This document shows, piece after piece, positions 45,708 through 56,686 of a stretch of 64,000 nucleotides of DNA. The position numbers and the translations under genes are program-made. The notes below the pieces were generated by a model. That model searched no databases and had not been told where the DNA came from. It was given only the letters and a program-made list of their open reading frames with translations. The DNA is taken from NCBI GenBank assembly GCA_963772725.1, contig CAVYYI010000003.1, positions 32,001 through 96,000 on the forward strand, given 5' to 3'. The stretch comes from an uncultured Phycisphaerales bacterium (GTDB lineage Bacteria > Planctomycetota > Phycisphaerae > Sedimentisphaerales > Anaerobacaceae). How positions within the stretch are numbered: position 1 is the first letter of the stretch; every line of letters begins with the position of its first letter.

Positions 45708-45777
45708 AAGAAAGTAATTTGTATGCGTATTGCGTTAAAAAACGCACGACGCATCACGCACAACGCACAACGAATTT

Positions 45778-47334
45778 ATGGCAAAAGATGTAAATATTCA
45801 TGTTAAGACCCCCGGCACCGAGCAGGCTAAAAGCCAGCTCAACGGAGTCGCACAATCTACAGAGAAGATCGGCGAATCCACAGAGCGGATGGGCCAGAAG
45901 ACATCAAAGGCGTTCGACTGGCTGACCAGCGGTATTCGCAGTCTCATAGGCCCGCTGGGATTTGCGGCAATCGTAACCTCAGTTGCCGGCGTCACCATGA
46001 AGGTCGCAAAATTTTTCGATGAAATCAAGCAAAAATCCGATGAGGCCGTCCGTAATCTTGAATCCGTTCGCAAAGGCTTTGAATCTATTTACGAGGTAAT
46101 GGGAGCCTTTGATGAAAAGAGCCGCCAGCAAATCACAAAGGAAACCTACCAGTTATTCTATAAGACCGCCACACCGGAATCGACCGGACTTCCTATTATG
46201 TCGGAATACTATCGCCAATTCGGCACTATGACAAAGACTGGCCAGTTATCACAGGCCGATTACAACAAAGGTCTCGAACAAATGCTTCGCTACGGCTCAC
46301 GCCACCCGGGCGTAGGCGGCGAAATGGCAACACTGATGGCTGGTTGGAATATGAATACCCCGCAGCAGCAGGGGCAGTTCCAGCGAATGGTTTCCGCTGG
46401 AGCCGAGATGGGCCGCATTGATGAGGCCGATATGATCTCAGTACTATCTCGAACTTCATCAACCGCACGGGCGATGGGCTGGAGTCCGCAGGAAACAATC
46501 TCGATGGCCGCTAAACTTGCCGCCGGTGAAACAGGCAGAAGAAGATTGATGGTTCCGGCAGCAACAATTGAGGCCCTCGGCAATCCGCAGGCTCCTGACG
46601 CCGAACTTTTCGGTATTACCGACAAAAAACAAAAGGCCGATTTTGATACTAAGTGGAAGACTATGGTCGAAGACCCGCGAAAAGTTTACGCGGAAGTCCA
46701 GGCTATGCAGCAGAGAACTCCGCCTCAGAAATTTCTAAGAATTCTTCGTGGTATTTACGGCAGTTCCGGTACCGATGTTTTAAAAACACTCGGCGGCGAT
46801 GCTGCCGGTATCCAGACTCTCGCGGAAGCGGCAGGCCCTGCGGGCGAGGCGGCAGCCGCAAAGGAAGACGCCGCAAGAATGGGAACTACCGAAGCGATGG
46901 AGGCACAAACCGGTGCTGCCGTTAAACTTAATGAAATTGATAGAGCGCCGGATGCCGTTATTAAGGAAAATATTAGAAAAAGAGGAGCTTCATATTTAAA
47001 ACAGATCGAGGAAAAACATCCGGTTGGCCAATGGCTTGCGGAAAGAGGGCCGGCATTATTATTCAGAAAAAATCAGGCAAAATTGGAAGAAGAAGCGGCG
47101 ATGTATCAGTGGCTCAATAATCTACATGAGAATCAGGGCATCGATGTGCAGCATCGCAGTATGGAATTAGAGGAAGGCTGGCAAAGTATGACCCCAAAGC
47201 AGCGATTGGCAGCTCTCGATAAAACCTCAGCCCCTTCTAAAGGTTCTTCCGTAACGATTCATAATCATAATGAAACTATTTATCAGCCAAAGGCTGGACC
47301 CGATAATACGGGGGCAAGATTTAGCCAGGACTGA
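45778..47334 (+). CDS. Putative tail tape measure protein (518 aa)
   Basis: MAKDVNIHVKT start, helical Ala/Gly/Met/Gln-rich body with a hydrophobic stretch, C-terminal SVTIHNHN. Confidence 0.75.
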   Translation: MAKDVNIHVKTPGTEQAKSQLNGVAQSTEKIGESTERMGQKTSKAFDWLTSGIRSLIGPLGFAAIVTSVAGVTMKVAKFFDEIKQKSDEAVRNLESVRKGFESIYEVMGAFDEKSRQQITKETYQLFYKTATPESTGLPIMSEYYRQFGTMTKTGQLSQADYNKGLEQMLRYGSRHPGVGGEMATLMAGWNMNTPQQQGQFQRMVSAGAEMGRIDEADMISVLSRTSSTARAMGWSPQETISMAAKLAAGETGRRRLMVPAATIEALGNPQAPDAELFGITDKKQKADFDTKWKTMVEDPRKVYAEVQAMQQRTPPQKFLRILRGIYGSSGTDVLKTLGGDAAGIQTLAEAAGPAGEAAAAKEDAARMGTTEAMEAQTGAAVKLNEIDRAPDAVIKENIRKRGASYLKQIEEKHPVGQWLAERGPALLFRKNQAKLEEEAAMYQWLNNLHENQGIDVQHRSMELEEGWQSMTPKQRLAALDKTSAPSKGSSVTIHNHNETIYQPKAGPDNTGARFSQD

Positions 47335-47336
47335 TT

Positions 47337-47735
47337 ATGGCAGCGACAAGTTTAAATACTGTTTTTGGTAATGAGATTCGCGTACAGATAACGCCGCGAC
47401 AGATGGACCGCGAGTATCACGGAATCCCCGGAGTCAACGGCGTATTAAGTATGGCCAACGGCACTCGGGGACGGCGAATCATTGTAACCGGAAGACTGCG
47501 ATATTATGGAGCCAACTATGCGACCGCACGAAACAGCCTGCAGGCAACTATCGATACGCTCGAGGCGATGCAGTCCCTGCCGGCGGCCAGTTACACCTAC
47601 GGCAGTCAGACGTTTAATAATGTTATTTTTGAGAAAATACAAGTAATTCCCGACAGCAGCGGCAAATCTATCTTTTATACACGAGATGGTTATGCTGTTT
47701 GCGATTTTATTGCCAATCTTTATCAGTTAATTTAA
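47337..47735 (+). CDS. Putative distal tail/hub protein
   Basis: 132 aa after the TMP with IPGVNG...GTRGRRIIVTGRL motif. Confidence 0.6.
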   Translation: MAATSLNTVFGNEIRVQITPRQMDREYHGIPGVNGVLSMANGTRGRRIIVTGRLRYYGANYATARNSLQATIDTLEAMQSLPAASYTYGSQTFNNVIFEKIQVIPDSSGKSIFYTRDGYAVCDFIANLYQLI

Positions 47736-50034
47736 ATGGTAACAAAACCAGATTACAAAAAAATAGACAGAACCGCTCAGCAGCTTATTGTTGAAGCCCG
47801 ACGAGGCTCAGGCTCGCCCCCCGTGTACCCGTCCGCATGGTCAATAGTCTGGGGTGCTAAGGTTGACCGCATTGAATTAAATGAGGGACTAAAACCCTCT
47901 ACTGCTATTGTATGGTTCCCGGAACTTCGCTGGCACGAGACTTTTAACCTGTATTGGGGCGACATGATTCGTATTAGAACGGATGAGGTTCAGGCGTCGA
48001 AGCGAACTATTGTTTTTTGTGGATTTATCACAAGTTACCTTTCTGATTTTTCCGGCGGTTCGGAAAAACGCGGCTCATCCTTCGAGCGAAATGCCTTTAT
48101 CTGCAGCGACCATCGATGGCTTATGTCAACAACCTGCCCCATTTACGGTCAGATTGTTCGCGGTCCCGATGACTATACTGGTTACGGCACTACATCACAG
48201 ACGGCAATCGATAACTCCTATATATTCGCCTCTGGCCGCCGCTGTATTTTCAACCAGGATGGCCGGCCAAATATGGACCCGAATTTACTTGCCGTCCATA
48301 ATATAAAAGGCATAAAGCTTTGCGATATCAATATCTTTGCCGACGCAGCTGCGGGCAGTTACTGGACCGCACGGCAGATGATTTGCTATATATTAAGTCC
48401 GCTATGGAACAGGGCATATAACAATATTCCCATCCCCGACCCAGGCGACCTTATCGGCATCGATCATAAAGATTGGGACAAAGTCCTCAGTCACATCGTG
48501 ATAGATGGCATGAACTGCATCGAGGCGATCTCGCTTATGTGCAAAAACCTCGGTTGGTCATTCCGCGAGATTTATGATAATACCGGACATATCTTAATTC
48601 AATTTTTTAAAATTGGGTCAGCCACAGGCTCCATCCGCTCAGACACACAGCCTACCATCCTCCAGCAGCTTCACGCTCCGGCCCAGGGCGATGACCTGGC
48701 TGCCGCCGTTACCAATGGCAAGAAGATTTTATGGTCGATGTCGCTCGCAGAGGATATCGCAGCAGTTATCAATCAGCCTTATGCCCTTGCGCGCCGAGCG
48801 TTTTGAATTTACCGCCGATCTCGTGCCGGCATGGATTGACGCTGACCTTGTGCCGGATACTACCGGCGGCAATGAGCATCTATATTTTACAACCGCAGAC
48901 CTCCAGCAGCTCACCGATCCTGACGCCGAGACCTTCTATAAGTATTATCATCCGCGAGGCAGTGAATTTCGTCGCCACGTAGGCCGCCGCTGGTCGTTGA
49001 ATGAATCGGGGAAATACTCAACAGCTCCGCCATGGCAAACGGATAAGTATTATTTCGCTGGCGAATTAGCCAGGGTCGGCTCACATATATCAATTTGCGT
49101 TACACCGCATTATTCTAACCCGATGAATCAACCAGGACGCAGCAGCTACTGGCAGTCAACTGCCGGTTATGATAGGGGCCAGCCCTTTGATTTCTCGCAA
49201 TATATCGAATCCAAATATGTAATCAATTCACAAGGCAAGCGTCTTTTTGCTCCATTTAACAGGCAGTTACTTCCCTGTTTAACGCTCGATAAAGATACTC
49301 TAAGCAGCATCGGCTTTAAAATCGAATTTTCTTTTGACGCTGGCGTAACATGGCAGATAATTCCGGCGAGCATCTCCGCACTAAAGGAAGAATGCGGCAT
49401 CTATATAGAAGAACCGAACCTCGCCGAGCTCGTCGATAAAAAAGAAGGTACTATTTCCGGCGGCGATCTCAACGGAGTTCAACTTAACTATTGGACGAGC
49501 CTTTGCGATGACAGTATCAATGACCGCTCCTTCAAAAATGGGCAGTGGAATACTCGTGTGAGAATTACCGCGAGTATTCAGATGGACCAGCGGCTAAGGA
49601 TGGCTATTAACCCGGGTCCAAAATCCGGTTCGCCCTTCTTGCATTCGCAAGTTTATGATTTCTCTGAAAAATATGGCTTGGTTAAACGCACACCGATGAG
49701 TAATTTTTATTATACTAATTCTTCAGCCTGGCAGGTCGATTCCACCGGTAAAATCCAAGAGCATATTACCGCCATTCGCGACGCCAATGAGGATATGTCA
49801 ATTAGCGGCAGATTCACGCTCGAGCGATTGTGGCTGGGTGATGGCGCAGGCCAATTACCGATTCTGATAGGTGACTCGATTGAGAAAATCACCGGTCGCG
49901 AATATTCCCTGGCCAGCTCCATGGGTTTGAGTAAATTTTATCCTGAGATTGTAAAAATAGTTATCATCCCGGACGCCCAGAAAATGGAACTCATCACCAG
50001 GGATTTGAGGTTTGCTACGGAGGTAACTTTATAA
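47736..50034 (+). CDS. Large tail tip/baseplate hub protein (one indel near 48790) with a CBM12-like insert
   Basis: ORFs 47736-48806 and 48613-50034 join; RTIVFCGFI near the N-terminus, IGDSIEKITGR near the C-terminus. Confidence 0.65.
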
Positions 50035-50507
50035 TGGCGGCTTTAATTACTATTCAGTTTTGCACCCCAGCCGGTTATCAGCCCGGCGATTACGCGTACC
50101 TATACGGAAACGGCGGCGCTGGAGAAATTAATTGGGATACCCCAGTCGATAACACTATCTACGATTTGTTCCCGCGAGGCGCCGGTATTTATGGATTCGG
50201 ACACGCACCCTTTGGGCATCATCGGTTCGGCAAAGGCGTCAGTCTGCGAACCGCTGGCTTTGGCCATCTGCCTTTTGGCAAACATCCTTTCGGCCATGGC
50301 ACCGCAATTATAACCACACAAGCCCGCGTTGAGGATTGTGGAAGTTACAAATTCGGCTTTAAAGTATTTGATAAATACGGCAACGCCCAGGAAGGCACTT
50401 CGCAGGTTGTTACCGCCGATATCCATATCCCTCCGGTGGTTCCCGGCGGCCTGAAAAAGGTCAGCTATGATAAAGATACTGATATTTTAATTCTGGAGGC
50501 GGCATGA
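50034..50507 (+). CDS. Phage structural protein with GFGHxPFG repeats
   Basis: YGFGHAPFGHHRFG and AGFGHLPFGKHPFGHG; coupled ORF. Confidence 0.65.
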   Translation: MAALITIQFCTPAGYQPGDYAYLYGNGGAGEINWDTPVDNTIYDLFPRGAGIYGFGHAPFGHHRFGKGVSLRTAGFGHLPFGKHPFGHGTAIITTQARVEDCGSYKFGFKVFDKYGNAQEGTSQVVTADIHIPPVVPGGLKKVSYDKDTDILILEAA

Positions 50508-51187
50508 ACGATTTGATTATAGCTAATATGGCAACCTGCCCGGAGCGCAAGCACATCGTCTGGAACACAATCGTATCGATTTTAAAGCAGGTCGATATTT
50601 TGAATATCAGCTTCAATCGTTTCGATTTCATCCCTGGTCTTTACGATGATTATAGAAAAATTAATCGCTTCCTCGATATGGATAATATGGCCGAACGCGG
50701 AAAATTCTTAATGGTTGACAAAGTAAAGGGATATTACTTAACGATTGATGATGACATTATCTACCCGGATGATTACTGTGTAAAAATGATTGACGCCGTT
50801 GAGCGTTATAATCGAAAATCGATTATCACTGTTCACGGGAACAAAATTAAGCAGCCTTTTACTGATTTCTATAAAGACCGGGATTGTTTCAGGCATAAAG
50901 AGTCCCTGGCCTCCGACACTGTTGTTGATTTTCCGGGTACCGGAACCGTGGCATTTCATACCGATACGCTGAAATTTTCCGTGGAAGATTTTGAGCATCC
51001 CTATATGTCGGATATCTGGCTTGGTTTAATTGCCCGGCAAAGAAAAATTCCAGTTATCGCGATCGCCAGACAGCAGAACTGGCTCAAGCCCGTTTACGTT
51101 CCGGGAATCTTTGAAAAAGTAAGTCGTGATATCGAATTAAAAAATAAACAAACGGCACTGATAAAAGAATTCATCAATGCCGCCTGA
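50504..51187 (+). CDS. GT-A fold glycosyltransferase
   Basis: MATCPER, GKF, YYLTIDDDIIYPDDY, PGTGT, MSDIW. Confidence 0.85.
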   Translation: MNDLIIANMATCPERKHIVWNTIVSILKQVDILNISFNRFDFIPGLYDDYRKINRFLDMDNMAERGKFLMVDKVKGYYLTIDDDIIYPDDYCVKMIDAVERYNRKSIITVHGNKIKQPFTDFYKDRDCFRHKESLASDTVVDFPGTGTVAFHTDTLKFSVEDFEHPYMSDIWLGLIARQRKIPVIAIARQQNWLKPVYVPGIFEKVSRDIELKNKQTALIKEFINAA

Positions 51188-51329
51188 TTTTGCTCTTTAA
51201 AAATTTAATAAAAGAAGCCCGACGCGGGCGGAGATTCGGATTAACCGCCAACCGGCAGCTCGAACTGCCAGCTTTTACACGCCGGGTATTTTGTGGCCAA
51301 TAAAAGATTCGGAGAAAAGGTCTGGTTAT

Positions 51330-52110
51330 ATGAGCAGCTTCTTTCCATGGATGGGCGGAAAATCAAGCGTCGCGAATAAACTCGCGGCATTGATGCTTGA
51401 GCATGAATGTTATGTTCGAGGTATTTGCGGGCGCTGCAAATATCCTGTTTGCCAAGCAAAAATCAAAGGTAGAGGTAATTAATGACATCAACTCTGAGTT
51501 AGTAAATCTCTTTAGGATCGTCCGCTGGCATCCTCGCGAGTTTGTGAAAGAATTATCTCTCGTGCTTCACAGCCGAAAGGATTTTTCTGATTATAGGACA
51601 CAGCCCGGGCTTACCGATATCCAGAAAGCAGCTCGTAGTTATTTTATAATTAAGACTGCCTTTGGCGGCAAGGGTGGAACTTCACACCCCGACTTTGGCT
51701 ATGGCACAACGGGTAAATCTCATTTTAGAAGGACGGTTTTTGCGATGATCCGCCTATGCCATAAGCGGCTTGATGGAGTATATGTCGAAAATCTGGATTT
51801 TGAAGATTGTATCAAGCGGTATGACAGGTCTCACACTTTGTTTTACTGCGACCCGCCATACCTTGACACCGCTGATTATAAATCACAATTTGGCTATTGT
51901 GACCATGAACGTCTGGCTTCTATCCTCAAAAGTATTAAAGGAAAATTTTTACTAAGTATTAATGACCGCCCGAAAATACGGCTGCTTTATAAAAATTTTC
52001 ACATAATAACTGTTACAAAAAAATATACGATTTCTCGCGACAAGGATTCAGCCGCTCGCGACAGATCGGAACTTGTGATTGCTAATTATCCGCTGCCAAG
52101 GCAGTGGTAA
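51330..52110 (+). CDS. Dam-family (D12 class) DNA adenine methyltransferase (indel near 51415)
   Basis: FPWMGGKS, EVFAGAA, EVINDIN, FYCDPPY, ELVIANY. Confidence 0.92.
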
Positions 52111-52744
52111 AATTCACCGGATAAACTGGTGCGAATCGTGAAGAATCGACCGCATCGCCGACCGGTCAACAATGGGAATTTTGTTCGATAGTATAGCTTG
52201 TTCTTTGAAAAAAGTATAAAAACTGGCCGTGGATTTTTTGTACCTATAAAAATCAGGCAGGAAGGAGCAACCTAAATCATGTCCGCGACCATGTCCGATG
52301 TCCTCGCTAAAATGTCCGCAGACTTTGGTTTTTAAGAGGTTTTGATTTGCATTTGAGAGCCATTTAAAAGGCTTTTAAACGCTTTTTATAGTTATGCCGC
52401 TTTCGGCCACTTTGAGTTAACTGAAAGGCACGTGTGCACGTTTTTGGCCATTTTATTAACAATACGATTGCCCGCCCTCGTTGTGCCTTAAAACCCCATT
52501 ATTGATGCCTTAAACCACGATTCCCCACCCAATCCCGACTTTTCCCGCTCAATGTTCGCTATGGCCATATACTAATATAGTTAACACCTGTTGTAAAAGA
52601 AGAACTTAAATGCTTAAAAAAGGGAAAAGGTATCAGGAATTTTTTTTGAAAATATCTCCACGCTGAAGTCGGAATTCCACAATTTTGCATTTTGATTTTT
52701 GAACTTTGAACTTTTCAAACCACCTCTCGGGCAGTTTGAAAGAA

Positions 52745-52815
52745 AGCGGGTGATGGGAATCGAACCCACATGGCCAGCTTGGAAGGCTGGCGCTTTACCA
52801 CTAAGCTACACCCGC
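52745..52815 (-). tRNA. tRNA-Gly (TCC)
   Basis: Reverse complement GCGGGTGTAGCTTAGTGGTAAAGCGCCAGCCTTCCAAGCTGGCCATGTGGGTTCGATTCCCATCACCCGCT. Confidence 0.95.
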
Positions 52816-52909
52816 ATTGTTAATTGATTATTGATTATTAACATCCCGTAATCTATAATCCATTAAACTTTCAAAATATTAAACAATTAATTTTAAGTAG
52901 TCAACAACT

Positions 52910-54205
52910 ATGTCAATAGCAGAATTAGCCGCGACGGCAAAATCGGCGTCGATTCCTCTGGCAGCCGCCGGGACAGATGTCAAGAACAACGCCCTGGTTG
53001 AAATCGCCGAATCTCTTACCTGCCGAACAGACGAGATTCTCGCGGCCAACCAGACTGATATAGAGGCCGCCGAAGAAAATAATCTTTCCGACCCGCTCAT
53101 CAAAAGGCTGAAATTCGACAAGGCTAAAATCGCCGACGTCATCGCCGGCATCCAAAGTCTCATCAAACTCGAAGACCCCGTCGGCAAAACTCTCACCGCC
53201 ACCGAACTCGATAAAGGCCTCGAACTTTACAAGGTAAGCTGCCCTATCGGCGTCATCGGTGTCATTTTCGAATCGAGACCCGACGCCCTCGTGCAAATCA
53301 GCACCCTGTGCCTCAAGAGCGGCAACGCCGTCCTTCTAAAAGGTGGCAGCGAAGCGCACCTGACAAACAAAATCCTCGCCGAAACAATCCTTGAGGCCTC
53401 TGAAAAGGCAGGCTTGCCTAAAGGATGGCTTCAACTGCTGCAAAGCCGTGCCGACGTTGAGGAAATGCTCTCCTGCGATAAACATATCGACCTGATTATT
53501 CCTCGCGGCTCAAACGAATTCGTCCGCTATATTATGAATAACACCAGTATCCCCGTCCTCGGCCACGCCGAAGGCATCTGTCACGTCTATGTTGACGCGC
53601 ACGCCGACATCGATATGGCTGTCAAAATCGCCGTGGACTCAAAATGTCAATACGTTGCCGTCTGCAACGCGACCGAAACGCTGCTCGTCAATGAGGCAAT
53701 CGCCGCTGACTTTCTGCCCAAAGCAAAAACAGCCTTCGAACAAAAAGGCGTCGAACTTCGCGGCTGCGAAAAAACTGCCTCAATAATAAAAGTAAAGCCC
53801 GCCTCCGAAAAAGACTGGGCCACAGAATATCTCGACTACATCCTCTCGATAAAAGTTGTCGCCGGCCTCGATGAAGCTATCGAACACATCAACCGTTACG
53901 GCTCACGACACACCGACTGCATCGTTACCGCCGACAAACAAAACGCTGTTAAGTTTATGAACCTCGTCGATTCCGCCGACGTCTTCTGGAATTGCAGCAC
54001 ACGTTTCAGTGACGGCTACCGTTACGGCCTCGGCGCAGAAGTTGGCATCAGCACAAACAAAATCCACGCCCGCGGCCCTGTAGGCCTCGAAGGACTGTTA
54101 ATCTATAAATGGAAACTAATCGGCTCAGGCCAAATCGTCGCCGATTACTCAAACGGCAAAAAAACCTTCACTCATAAAAAATTAAACAAAAACTGCGAAC
54201 TTTAA
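52910..54205 (+). CDS. proA: Gamma-glutamyl phosphate reductase
   Basis: PIGVIGVIFESRPD, KSGNAVLLKGGSEA, IIPRGS, CNATE, STRFSDG, HARGPVGL. Confidence 0.97.
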   Translation: MSIAELAATAKSASIPLAAAGTDVKNNALVEIAESLTCRTDEILAANQTDIEAAEENNLSDPLIKRLKFDKAKIADVIAGIQSLIKLEDPVGKTLTATELDKGLELYKVSCPIGVIGVIFESRPDALVQISTLCLKSGNAVLLKGGSEAHLTNKILAETILEASEKAGLPKGWLQLLQSRADVEEMLSCDKHIDLIIPRGSNEFVRYIMNNTSIPVLGHAEGICHVYVDAHADIDMAVKIAVDSKCQYVAVCNATETLLVNEAIAADFLPKAKTAFEQKGVELRGCEKTASIIKVKPASEKDWATEYLDYILSIKVVAGLDEAIEHINRYGSRHTDCIVTADKQNAVKFMNLVDSADVFWNCSTRFSDGYRYGLGAEVGISTNKIHARGPVGLEGLLIYKWKLIGSGQIVADYSNGKKTFTHKKLNKNCEL

Positions 54206-54209
54206 ACCG

Positions 54210-55317
54210 ATGCGAAACTTTTCTAACGTCAAAAAACTTGTTATAAAAATCGGCACAAACACCCTGACAAAAAAGGACTCCATCGAAATTGATGAATCCT
54301 ACTTCCGCCAAGTCGCCAAACAAATCGCCGCCCTATTGAAACAGAACGTACAAGTGCTTGTCGTCACTTCCGGCGCCATCGGTATGGGGGCAGGCCAATT
54401 AAAATTCACCGAAAGAGTAAAAGAAACCAAGATGCGCCAGGCCTGCGCCGCTATCGGCCAACCCTTATTAATGGCCGAATATAAAAAAGCCTTTGCACAT
54501 TTCGACACCACCGTCGCACAGGTTCTTTTGACCACCGAAGTGCTCAACAACAGAAAAACCTACCTCAATCTCAGAAACTCCATCGACACATTATTAAGAC
54601 TCGGCGTTGTCCCCATACTCAATGAAAACGACAGCGTCTCCACCGCGGAAATAGGCTCCGCTTTCGGCGACAACGACAAACTCAGCGCACTGGTCGCCAG
54701 CAAAATTGACGCAGACCTGCTGATTTTACTAAGTGACATCGATGCCCTTTACGACAAAGACCCCAGAAAATTCGCAGATGCCAAACCCATCCCAGCCGTT
54801 TTCGAAATAACTCCCGAAATTACAAAAAACGCCGGCGACAAAGGCAGCATCCACTCCACAGGCGGTATGAAAACTAAAATCGAGGCCGCCAAAATCGCCT
54901 CTCACGCAGGCTGCCGAATGGTACTGGCAAACGGCAAAACCGAAAACATCATCGGCAAAATCATGGCCGGCGAAAATGTCGGCACCGTCTTTCTCCCAAA
55001 ACGCAAACTAAGCAACCGCTCACGATGGATTCTAAACAGCACCCCCGCTGGCGTAATCGATATCGACGACGGAGCTTTACGCGCAATCGGAAACCACAAA
55101 AGCCTTCTGCCTAGCGGCATCACCGGAATTAAAGGCGCCTTCGACGCCGGCGACGTTGTTATGCTAAACGATACCGCAAAAGCCGTTACAAGCCTGAGCA
55201 GCAGCGCAGCTTAAAACCCTAGCTGGCAAACACAGCACCGAAATAAAAAAACTACTCGGCCCAGACCACAAGGATGTTGTCGCAATCCCCGAAGACATTG
55301 TCTTTATGGACTATTAG
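54210..55317 (+). CDS. proB: Glutamate 5-kinase with PUA domain (indel near 55205)
   Basis: VIKIGT, VTSGAI, AAIGQ, NENDSV, FGDNDKLSA, TGGMKTK. Confidence 0.95.
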
Positions 55318-55327
55318 TCATTGGATT

Positions 55328-56237
55328 ATGATAAATTTTAAGTGCATTTATTGCGGCCAAAAAGTAACAGCCAAAGACAATACCCGCGGCAAAAAAGGCA
55401 AATGCCCCAAGTGCAACCATCTCCTCGTTGTCCCAAAGACCACCCAAAATAGACCGGCAATAAATTCAGCTAATGATGCCCCCCATAGAGCCGCCAAGTC
55501 TCCCGGATATTCCCGAATTGGACAACACCCCGGAATGGCACAGAGAACCTAAGCTGTCCCCGGAACAATCAGAGGCCATGATAAAACTATACAAAGAAAA
55601 TTTCAGCTTTCTTGTCCCCGTTTATGATAAACTCTCGCTGCTTCTTATGGCCGTAACACTAGCATTGCTGTTTATTACAAACAGCCAATCGCGAATATGG
55701 ATACAAAAAGAAGACTTTGCACAGGATTATCTTTTTTTTGTTACAAACAAATCAATTGTCCTGCGGGTAATATTTGGGATTGTTCCAATATTTCTTTCCG
55801 CCCTGTTTGGCGAAATCTCGATCCGAAGAAAAAGGGTCGACTTCAAAAAAATGATTATGCTGTTTTTCGCTGTCTACACCAATGCAATTACCGCCATCGT
55901 CGCGGGAACTTATTGTTTAAAAAACGCATCCGTCTCCAACTGGCTTTTAGCCTTTCCGATATGGAATATAATCAATGGCTTTCTCCTGCTCATAATGTTT
56001 CGATGCGGAATTATCAATGAGGATTGTATAATCGAACGCAAGGTTAAGCTTTTCGAGGTTATTCTCAGCATGGCAGCCGTCCTTGTCATTTTCGTACTGT
56101 GTAACTACGTTTTCAAATTATACTGGGCAATTACATTCTCGATTTGCATAGTCTATTCCACAAGTTTCAATAAAGCCCTGCAAAGCGTCTTCCCCAGTCT
56201 GACATATTCACCAGCGGATAATAATAAACAGTGTTAA
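55328..56237 (+). CDS. Zinc-ribbon membrane protein (indel near 55475)
   Basis: MINFKCIYCGQK...GKKGKCPKC, Pro-rich linker, several TM helices. Confidence 0.7.
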
Positions 56238-56341
56238 TCTGTGTCCAACTTTTGGTTATGGCCAAAGACCTCGTAGTGGTTATTCGTGTTCCCTTGTGGT
56301 TAAAAAAAGTATTTTTAACTCTGTGTTCTCGTGGCTAATTC

Positions 56342-56647
56342 TTAATTCAGAAAAGCAGGTTCTGCATTTGCACCGCGCACTGCCGAAAGCCCCTCGATAT
56401 CATCAGCCGTAACCCAGCACTCGAAGCCCGCCAGTTTTGCGAAACTGGTCCCTTTAAATTTCCTGCCCTTTATTTCCGTAATAATTATCGGATGATTAGG
56501 CGGATAAAGCAGGTAATCGAAACTCTTTATCTTCGACTGACCCATCGCCGCTCTTTTCTGCTCATCGACCGTGATATACTGAACCTGGTTATCTATCAGC
56601 CAATTTCCGAACGCCTTTTCATAATGGTTGAGATGAAAATTCTTCAT
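56342..56647 (-). pseudogene. Degenerate HYExAFE-family gene copy with an internal deletion
   Basis: Aligns to 60698-61213, but about 215 bp are missing at 56385 and the 3' tip is out of frame. Confidence 0.85.
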
Positions 56648-56686
56648 TCCGTCGCCAGACAGAACTTTTTTCGAATGAACCAGTTA

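Larger units (their letters stand above)
36030..52586. mobile_element. Mu-like transposable prophage derivative (tail-only, non-autonomous), 5-bp TSD CCTGT
   Basis: Ends TGTTGACT.../...AGTTAACA; CCTGT at 36025-36029 and 52587-52591; TGGCCA at base 20 from each end; phage tail genes and dam inside. Confidence 0.85.

Noticed and set aside
44802..50507. Contractile injection system or R-type tailocin
   Set aside because: No recognisable sheath, baseplate J/wedge, VgrG/PAAR or AAA ATPase gene.
52745..52815. tRNA-Gly as attB for an integrase-type prophage
   Set aside because: No duplicated tRNA 3' end near 36 kb and no integrase. The boundaries are instead TG...CA with a 5-bp TSD about 160 bp from the tRNA.
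13793..52815. The two tRNA-Gly genes as att repeats of a large island
   Set aside because: They are complete, distinct isoacceptors (GCC, TCC) in inverted orientation, with core genes between them.
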